24,000 nt of DNA from Streptomyces sp. SP18CS02 (GTDB lineage: Bacteria > Actinomycetota > Actinomycetes > Streptomycetales > Streptomycetaceae). The translations under genes and the position numbers were made by a program. A model generated the notes under the pieces. It saw nothing but the letters and a program-made list of their open reading frames with translations. It searched no databases and was not told the DNA's origin. Shown piece after piece: positions 15,649-24,000 of this stretch (position 1 is the first letter of the stretch; every line of letters starts with the position of its first letter). The DNA is taken from positions 102 to 24,101 of the forward strand of contig NZ_JAQYXC010000263.1 in the NCBI RefSeq assembly GCF_036322365.1, in the 5' to 3' direction.

Positions 15649-16221
15649 TCAGTTCCCGGCCGGCAGGTACGGCCGGGAGCCGGGCAGCCCGAGGTCGGAG
15701 GGGAGCAGGGAGGCCACCCAGCAGTCCCTCATGGTCCCCCGGTGGTCCATGGCGGACCGCAGGACGCCCTCGACGGTGAAGCCGGCCCGCTCGGCGACGG
15801 TGCGCGAGCCGGTATTGCCGACCTGGGCGCGCCATTCGAGCCGGGCGCTGCCGAGCTCGGTGAAGGCCCAGCGGGCCAGGCCCAGCACCGTCTCCGTGGC
15901 GTACCCCCGGCCCCGGTGCTCCCCGACCGTGTAGAAGCCGATCTCCCAGGCGCCCTCGCGCGGGTGGTGGAGGCTGGCAGAGGCGAGGAGCGGGCCGCCC
16001 TCCCGCAGCCGTACGGAGAAGGTGTACGCGGTGTCGGTGCGCCAGCCGTCCGGCACCGTACGGCCCACGAACTCGTCCGCGTGCTCCCGTTCGTACGGGG
16101 TGGGGACGGGTATCCAGCGCTGGATCCCGGGGTCCTGGCAGGCGGCGCGGACCTCCTCGGAGTCCGCGGGCACGAAGGCGCGGAGCAGCAGGCGTTCAGT
16201 GGTGAGGGTGACGGGCTCCAT
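15649..16221 (-). CDS. GNAT-family N-acetyltransferase (RimJ/RimL-like)
   Basis: ATG at 16221 (MEPVTLTTERLLLRAF...) lies inside the longer track ORF 15649-16329. TERLLLR is a typical RimJ/RimL-like N-terminus. The acetyl-CoA-binding segment is HRGRGYATE. Its stop is 25 nt upstream of the YcaQ-like gene's start. Confidence 0.85.
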   Translation of the reverse strand: MEPVTLTTERLLLRAFVPADSEEVRAACQDPGIQRWIPVPTPYEREHADEFVGRTVPDGWRTDTAYTFSVRLREGGPLLASASLHHPREGAWEIGFYTVGEHRGRGYATETVLGLARWAFTELGSARLEWRAQVGNTGSRTVAERAGFTVEGVLRSAMDHRGTMRDCWVASLLPSDLGLPGSRPYLPAGN

Positions 16222-16472
16222 GACGGGATTGTGATACGCAGAGTGACGGTGTGCGACCACTTTTCGGGATGGGCGGCACCTTCCGCGCGTCCCGTGCGTT
16301 CTCCTTCGGGGCAGCAGTCGGCGCGGCACCCGGCTTCACGGAGTGCGGACCTCCCGGCGTGGCGGGGTCCTCGCTTACGATGGCCGTTGCGGTGGGGCCC
16401 GCCCGCCGCGCCCGTGCCCGTGTCCATGACAAGACCCAGTGCCAGGCCCGACCGGCAAGGAGACCAGCCTCA

Positions 16473-19286
<2,814 letters not shown>

Positions 19287-19334
19287 CCAGGTCCACGCCG
19301 GACCGGGCAGCACCGGCCGGCACGGGCAGGTCCG

Positions 19335-19382
19335 CCGAGGCGGGGCCGGGCACGCACACGTCGTGCCCGGCCCCGCCTTCGG
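19335..19382. terminator. strong hairpin after secA (candidate bidirectional terminator)
   Basis: GGCGGGGCCGGGCACG pairs with CGTGCCCGGCCCCGCC, a 16-bp perfect stem with a 7-nt loop, extendable with one bulge to about 20 bp. It starts 49 nt after the secA stop and lies between convergent genes. Confidence 0.75.
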
Positions 19383-19458
19383 TTCCCACCCCCGCCGTTC
19401 CCCGCCGTTCCCCGCCGTTCCCCGCCGTTCCCCGTGGTTCCTTGTGTTCCGGGGTTCC
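19382..19458. repeat. 10-bp tandem repeat (CCCGCCGTTC x4 perfect, with degenerate flanking copies)
   Basis: Four perfect units span 19391-19430. Flanking copies are CCCGTGGTTC (19431-19440) and looser ones beyond. The GTTCC core recurs 8 times, at 19382, 19397, 19407, 19417, 19427, 19437, 19446 and 19454. The minus strand reads (GGGGAACGGC)n. Confidence 0.9.
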
Positions 19459-19493
19459 GCCAGGGGGCTTCGCACGCGTGTGCGTGGGCGGTT

Positions 19494-20033
19494 TCAGGCC
19501 GACGACGTGGCCGTGGCCGTGGAGTGCTCGCTGTCGAGCTCCACGGCCGCGCAGCGCCACTTCCGGTCGGCCCCCTGCTCCAGGCGGAACGCCATGGCGC
19601 GCACCCGCTCACCGGCCGCGATGCTGGCGAAAGCCTCGACGACTCCGGGCCGGGGCGGGAAGCCGCCGCACCGGCGGACGACCGGGCGGGTGCCGTGCCC
19701 GCGCAGGGGAGCGCCCGGGGCGAGCCGGATCAGCTGCTCGTAGGCCGCGCCGACGGTCTGACCGAGCATCCAGTGGACCGGTCGCTCGCCGCTGAGCACG
19801 GCGAGCAGGCGCTCGGCGAACAGCACGTGGGGGAGGAGCGGGCGGGGCCTCCTGAGGGCCCCGGGGCCGCCGGGCCCGCCTGTGCCCCGGGAACCTCCCG
19901 GACCGCCGGGGCCGCGCTGGTCCCGGCGTCCGCCCGGACCGGCGGTGCCCCTCGTCGCCGTGACCCTTCCGCTCGCGGTCCTGGCATTGCTGGTGCCCAT
20001 GGTCATCGCCCCCGTTCCCGCCACCCGGGCCAT
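19494..20033 (-). CDS. Rv3235-family conserved actinobacterial protein (function unknown)
   Basis: 179-aa track ORF. A G/P/R-rich N-terminal region is followed by LLAVLSGERPVHWMLGQTVGAAYEQL and VEAFASIAAGERVRAMAFRLEQ...WRCAAVEL, which match my memory of the Rv3235 family found near secA1 in mycobacteria. The start is uncertain: ATG at 20033 has no SD, while ATG at 20000 has GGGGG about 8 nt upstream. Confidence 0.62.
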   Translation of the reverse strand: MARVAGTGAMTMGTSNARTASGRVTATRGTAGPGGRRDQRGPGGPGGSRGTGGPGGPGALRRPRPLLPHVLFAERLLAVLSGERPVHWMLGQTVGAAYEQLIRLAPGAPLRGHGTRPVVRRCGGFPPRPGVVEAFASIAAGERVRAMAFRLEQGADRKWRCAAVELDSEHSTATATSSA

Positions 20034-20275
20034 ACCGGGCGGTAACTTGTGTTGATGATCTTCTACGGGGGCCCGGACGGCCGCCGCAACGGGCGTGCCG
20101 CCGGCGCGGGGCCGGAGACGGGATCACCTATCCGGGTGACGGGGCCCGGGTGGAGCGGGCGCCGGCCGGGGTCCGCGCGGCCGCGAGTGGACGCGGTACG
20201 TGGGCGGGTGCCGGGTCCGAAGGGGGACCGCGCACGTATCCTGAGGGCGTCTTCCGACTACGAAAGCGGCCTGCC

Positions 20276-20782
20276 ATGCGCGTGTACGTCCCCCTTACCC
20301 TCGCCGGTCTCGCACGGGCGCACAAGGCGGGCGAGCTGGGCCCCGGCCCGTTGATGGCCTACGCCGTGACGCCCGGCCTGCGCGAGTGGTACGTCTCGGA
20401 CGACATCGAGGAGCTGGAGTACGCCGCGCTCAACCGGGCCGCGGCCGCCTCGCTCCGGCTGATCGCCGGCGACCCGGACGCCGCGCGCCGGCGGATCGTG
20501 GTGGCCGTGGACGTGCCGGACGGGGCGGCGACCGCCGACCCCGGCTTCGGGCTGGACGCGGCGTCGGTCGGCGAGGTGCGGCTCGCGTCCGCCGTGCCGT
20601 TCGCCAAGGCGGCGGCCGTGCACGCCGACGCCGACGAGGCCGAGCCCGATGTGTCCGCGGCGGCGGCCGCCCTGGGCGCCGCCGACCAGGGCGACGACGA
20701 CGCCCAGTTCGTGGTGGACGGTGCCGAGGACCACGAGCTGCTGTGGTTCGGCGTGCAGGAGATCCCCGGGCTCATCCGCTGA
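20276..20782 (+). CDS. conserved hypothetical protein (possibly DUF6912 family)
   Basis: ATG at 20276 (MRVYVPLTLAGLARAHKAGELGPGP...) is in frame within track ORF 20150-20782. It is 168 aa, with an acidic Ala/Asp-rich C-terminal half ending HELLWFGVQEIPGLI. Third-position G/C bias supports coding. The family name is a weak recollection. Confidence 0.6.
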   Translation: MRVYVPLTLAGLARAHKAGELGPGPLMAYAVTPGLREWYVSDDIEELEYAALNRAAAASLRLIAGDPDAARRRIVVAVDVPDGAATADPGFGLDAASVGEVRLASAVPFAKAAAVHADADEAEPDVSAAAAALGAADQGDDDAQFVVDGAEDHELLWFGVQEIPGLIR

Positions 20783-20911
20783 CGGCCCGCGGGCCCGCGC
20801 CGCCCGGTCCGCCGGTCCGGCCCGTGGATCCCGTCCGCAGGCCCCGTCCGCGGGTCGGCGGCCGATCCGTCGTCGGCGTCCGTTGTCGGACCCTGCCGGT
20901 ACCTTCGTCGC

Positions 20912-21571
20912 ATGGGGAAGCGCAGCACACATCTGGTGTGGGACTGGAACGGCACTCTGCTCGACGACACGGCGACCGTCATCGCGGCGACCAATGCCGC
21001 GTTCGCGGAGATCGGGCTGGAGCCGATCACCCTCGCCCGGTACCGCGAGCTGTACTGCGTTCCGATTCCCCTGTTCTACGAGCGGCTGCTGGGGCGGCTG
21101 CCCACGGACGCCGAGTGGGCCCTGATGGACGGCGCCTTCCACCGCCATTACTGGGAGCGGGCCGACGCGTGCGGGCTGACGGCCGGGGCTGCCGAGCTGC
21201 TCTCCAGCCGGCAGAGTGCCGGGCGGACGCAGTCGCTGCTGTCGCTCGCCCCTCATGAGCACCTCATACCGATCGTGCGGCGGCACGGCATCGAAGAGCG
21301 GTTCGTCCGCGTGGACGGGCGGGTCGGCACGTCGACGACCGGCAAGGCCGAGCACATGGTGCGCCATCTGCGGGCGCTCGACGGGCTGGCGGCGGACCGG
21401 GTCGTCGTGATCGGCGACGCGGCGGACGACGCGGTCGCCGCCGCGCACGTGGGTGCCAGGGCGGTGCTGTACACCGGCGGCTCGCACAGCCGCGCCAGCC
21501 TGGAGGCGACGGGCGCGCCGGTCGTCGACACGCTGGTCGAGGCGGTGGCGGTCGCCGAGGCCATGGCGTAG
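20912..21571 (+). CDS. HAD-superfamily hydrolase
   Basis: 219 aa. Motif I is VWDWNGTLLDD (D-W-N-G-T variant), motif II is LLSLAP, there is a Lys in TGKAEHM, and motif IV is VVIGDAADD. Confidence 0.85.
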   Translation: MGKRSTHLVWDWNGTLLDDTATVIAATNAAFAEIGLEPITLARYRELYCVPIPLFYERLLGRLPTDAEWALMDGAFHRHYWERADACGLTAGAAELLSSRQSAGRTQSLLSLAPHEHLIPIVRRHGIEERFVRVDGRVGTSTTGKAEHMVRHLRALDGLAADRVVVIGDAADDAVAAAHVGARAVLYTGGSHSRASLEATGAPVVDTLVEAVAVAEAMA

Positions 21572-21593
21572 TGGGGCCATGGCGTGGCGAGGG

Positions 21594-21632
21594 CCGCGCC
21601 GGGCGCCCGCGTGGGCGTCGCGCCCGGCGCGG
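21594..21632. terminator. GC-rich hairpin after the HAD gene, within a 240-bp convergent spacer
   Basis: CCGCGCCGGGCG (21594-21605) pairs with CGCCCGGCGCGG (21621-21632), a 12-bp perfect inverted repeat with a 15-nt loop. More small CCACGG/CCGTGG hairpins follow (e.g. 21642-21658). Confidence 0.5.
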
Positions 21633-21811
21633 CCGCCGGAAGCCACGGTCGCCGTGGCCGCGTCACGGCCACGGGGCCGTGGAGGTCCCGCGGGGCGGCG
21701 GAGGCCGCAGGACATCCGGGAGAAGCGAAGGACCCGTCGGCGGTCCGCGTCGGCCGCCCCGTGCCAGGACGGTGTCAGGGCGGCGCGGGGACGGTGATCC
21801 GACGAGGTCCG

Positions 21812-22390
21812 TCAGTGGGCCGGCGGACCCGCCGGGCTCTTCGCGCGCAGGACGGTGAGGAACTCCCGCATCCACGCCGAGTGGTCCGGCCAGGCGCGGG
21901 ACGAGACCAGCGTGCCGTCCACCACGGCCTCGGTGTCCTGGAACGTGGCCCCGGCCGCCTGCATGTCCAGCTCCAGCGCCGGGTAGGCGGTCACCCTGCG
22001 GCCGTCCAGGGCGCCCACCGCCGCCGTCAGCAGCGGACCGTGGCAGATCTGGGCCACCGGCTTGTCGGCGTCGAAGAAGGACTTGAGGATCTTCCGGAGC
22101 TCCGGGTCGTTGCGCAGGTACTCGGGCGCCCGGCCGCCCGGCACCACCACGGCGACGTACTGGCTCGGCTCCACTTCGGAGAAGGCCAGGTCGGCGGGCC
22201 AGGTGTAGCCCGGCTTCTCGGTGTACGTGTCGAAGCCCGGCTCGAAGTCGTGCACCACGAAACGCAACTGCTTGCGGGCGGGGGCGGCGATGTGCACGTC
22301 GTACCCCTCCTCGCGCAAGCGCTGATACGGGTACAGGACCTCAAGGGACTCCGCCGCGTCACCCGTCACGATCAGGATTTTCGCTGCCAT
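21812..22390 (-). CDS. DJ-1/PfpI-family protein (type 1 glutamine amidotransferase-like)
   Basis: 192 aa. ATG at 22390 is preceded by GGGGAG with a 5-nt spacer. The nucleophile elbow is AQICHGP. The N-terminal KILIVTGDAAESLEVLYPYQRL and the VVPGGRAPEYL motif are typical of PfpI-like proteins. Confidence 0.9.
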   Translation of the reverse strand: MAAKILIVTGDAAESLEVLYPYQRLREEGYDVHIAAPARKQLRFVVHDFEPGFDTYTEKPGYTWPADLAFSEVEPSQYVAVVVPGGRAPEYLRNDPELRKILKSFFDADKPVAQICHGPLLTAAVGALDGRRVTAYPALELDMQAAGATFQDTEAVVDGTLVSSRAWPDHSAWMREFLTVLRAKSPAGPPAH

Positions 22391-22650
22391 GACTGCTCCC
22401 CGGTTGTCGGCGCTCGACGTGCCTCGGTCACTCAGTCTGCCCAGAGGTCCTGTGTCGCTGTCCAGAGTGTCAAACTTCGGACCCCGGTTTTGTACACATA
22501 CGGCTCATGACGGCCGAGGGGGCAAGGGCGATAGCCTGGACCCGTGATCAGCGCGATATGCCGCGGGGGCAGCGGAGCCCCCGGCCAGCGCCCGGTGTGC
22601 CACAGCACCCGGGCGGACGTTGATCTTCCCAGTCCGGCCCGGTCGCCAAA

Positions 22651-22660
22651 ATTGGCCAAT
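22651..22660. promoter_or_regulatory. perfect 10-bp palindrome ATTGGCCAAT in the DJ-1/gdh divergent region (candidate operator)
   Basis: ATTGGCCAAT equals its own reverse complement. It sits in a locally AT-richer patch (CGCCAAAATTGGCCAATAACGG), about 120 nt upstream of the gdh ATG. No binding protein can be assigned from sequence. Confidence 0.3.
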
Positions 22661-22781
22661 AACGGCTCGGACATCTCTCATCGCGGCATAGCGTCGTTCC
22701 TGACCGGATACCCCGCGTCGTGGCGTTGTGCCGTTTCTTTCCCCTACGTCACGCAACGGCGCGCGACAGGAGCCAGAGGAC

Positions 22782-24000
22782 ATGCAGACCAAGCTGGACG
22801 AAGCCAAGGCCGAGCTGCTCGAACGGGCCGCCCGGGTAGCTGAGAACAGCCCGTTGGGGGGCCCCGGGGGTCCGGGGGCCGGGCCCCGGGGCAAGAAGGC
22901 GACCGCCACCGGGCCGGAGAACGGGGGGCGCCCGGACCGGGACACCCTGCTCGACTACCTCCAGCGCTACTACCTGCACACCGCTCCCGAGGACCTCGCC
23001 GACCGCGACCCGGTCGACATCTTCGGCGCGGCGCTTTCCCACTACCGGCTGGCCGAGAACCGCCCCCAGGGCACGGCCAACGTGCGCGTCCACACGCCGA
23101 CCGTCGAGGAGAACGGCTGGACCTGCAGCCACTCCGTCGTCGAGGTCGTCACCGACGACATGCCGTTCCTGGTGGACTCGGTCACCAACGAGCTCTCCCG
23201 GCAGGGCCGCGGCATCCATGTCGTGATCCACCCCCAGGTCGCCGTCCGTCGCGACCTCACCGGCAAGCTCATCGAGGTGCTCACCGACGGCCACGGGCCC
23301 GCGGACCGGCACGACGTGCTGATCGAGTCCTGGATCCACGTCGAGATCGACCGCGAGACCGACCGCGCCGACCTCAAGCAGATCACCGCCGACCTGCTGC
23401 GCGTGCTGTCCGACGTCCGCGAGACGGTCGAGGACTGGGAGAAGATGCGCGACGCCGCGCTGCGCATCGCCGACGAGCTGCCCGCCGAGCCGACCGCCGA
23501 CGACCTGCCCGACGCGGAGGTCGAGGAGGCCCGCGAACTGCTGCGCTGGCTGGCCGCCGACCACTTCACGTTCCTCGGCTACCGCGAGTACGAGCTCACC
23601 AGCGACGACGCGCTGACCGCCGTACCGGGCACCGGCCTCGGCATCCTCCGCTCCGACCCGCACCACCGCGACGAGGAGACGCACCCCGTCTCCCCCTCGT
23701 TCGACCGGCTGCCCGCCGACGCCCGGGCCAAGGCCCGCGAGCACAGGCTGCTCGTCCTGACCAAGGCCAACAGCCGCTCCACCGTGCACCGCCCGTCCTA
23801 CCTGGACTACGTCGGGGTCAAGAAGTTCGACGCCAAGGGCAACGTCGTCGGCGAGCGGCGCTTCCTCGGCCTGTTCTCCTCGGCCGCGTACACCGAGTCG
23901 GTGCGCCGGGTGCCCGTCATCCGCCGCAAGGTCGCCGAGGTGCTGGAGGGCGCGGGCTTCTCGCCCAACAGCCACGACGGCCGCGACCTGCTGCAGATCC
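22782..24000 (+). CDS. NAD-specific glutamate dehydrogenase, large (Bac_GDH) type, 5' part only (continues past window end)
   Basis: This ORF is not in the supplied track because it has no stop within the window. ATG at 22782 is preceded by AGGAGCCAGAGGA. My translation reads MQTKLDEAKAELLERAARVAE...LLDYLQRYYLHTAPEDL...VVEVVTDDMPFLVDSVTNEL...HFTFLGYREYEL...LVLTKANSRSTVHRPSYLDYVGVKKFD...FLGLFSSAAYTESV, which matches the N-terminal region of the roughly 1600-aa NAD-GDH family. Third-position G/C bias is strong. Confidence 0.9.
   Translation, partial: MQTKLDEAKAELLERAARVAENSPLGGPGGPGAGPRGKKATATGPENGGRPDRDTLLDYLQRYYLHTAPEDLADRDPVDIFGAALSHYRLAENRPQGTANVRVHTPTVEENGWTCSHSVVEVVTDDMPFLVDSVTNELSRQGRGIHVVIHPQVAVRRDLTGKLIEVLTDGHGPADRHDVLIESWIHVEIDRETDRADLKQITADLLRVLSDVRETVEDWEKMRDAALRIADELPAEPTADDLPDAEVEEARELLRWLAADHFTFLGYREYELTSDDALTAVPGTGLGILRSDPHHRDEETHPVSPSFDRLPADARAKAREHRLLVLTKANSRSTVHRPSYLDYVGVKKFDAKGNVVGERRFLGLFSSAAYTESVRRVPVIRRKVAEVLEGAGFSPNSHDGRDLLQI

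Noticed and set aside
19391-19430. Possibility that the tandem repeat is a CRISPR array or encodes a repeat protein (the track shows PPFPAVPRRS-type translations)
   Set aside because: The units are 10 bp and contiguous, with no spacers, and there are no cas genes. The ORFs crossing it (18821-19795, 19363-19743) are non-genic frames between two convergent stop codons.
20258-21715. 485-aa minus-strand ORF spanning the DUF6912-like and HAD genes
   Set aside because: It crosses an intergenic region and two plus-strand genes with better codon bias and motifs. It has no recognisable domain.
21571-21858. 95-aa Arg/Gly-rich ORF in the 240-bp spacer between the HAD and DJ-1 genes
   Set aside because: The composition (more than 25% Arg, no hydrophobic segments) and the start overlapping the HAD stop look non-genic. 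The region is better explained by stacked GC hairpins between convergent genes.
22727-22760. GlnR/MtrA-like box (GTGAC-N6-GAAAG on the minus strand) upstream of gdh
   Set aside because: Only one imperfect half-site pair is present, recalled from a consensus I cannot verify here. Chance occurrence is likely.
22749-23975. 408-aa minus-strand ORF at the right end
   Set aside because: It is antisense to the NAD-glutamate dehydrogenase reading frame, which has strong motif support (see findings).

Overview
Very GC-rich DNA (by eye over 70% G+C, with strong G/C bias at third codon positions). The gene order matches what I remember of the conserved Streptomyces core-chromosome neighbourhood around mtrA-mtrB-lpqB and secA. 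I support 20 protein-coding genes. On the minus strand there is a five-gene operon: polytopic membrane protein, DUF4129, DUF4350, MoxR AAA+ ATPase, DUF58. Diverging from it on the plus strand are mtnA-like isomerase, mtrA, mtrB, lpqB, a ComF-family phosphoribosyltransferase, hpf and an orphan NarL/LuxR-type response regulator. Next come a minus-strand GNAT acetyltransferase and YcaQ-like DNA glycosylase pair, and secA on the plus strand. After secA come a divergent pair of conserved uncharacterised proteins (Rv3235-family and DUF6912-like), a HAD hydrolase and a DJ-1/PfpI protein. The window ends with the 5' part of a large NAD-specific glutamate dehydrogenase; this ORF is missing from the supplied track because it runs off the window. 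I found no tRNA or rRNA, CRISPR array, transposase or integrase, biosynthetic genes, or in-frame TTA codons in the called genes. Much of the ORF track is shadow ORFs, which are typical of high-GC DNA. The two observations most worth a second look are the uncharacterised, translationally coupled, membrane-anchored MoxR/DUF58/DUF4350/DUF4129 operon next to mtrAB-lpqB, and a phased 10-bp tandem repeat downstream of secA that gives a regular G-quadruplex-type motif on the minus strand. My assessment is that this is conserved core chromosome, not an accessory island. I cannot defend any claim of a new system beyond 'conserved but functionally uncharacterised'. All family names come from motif recognition and memory, not from database searches.
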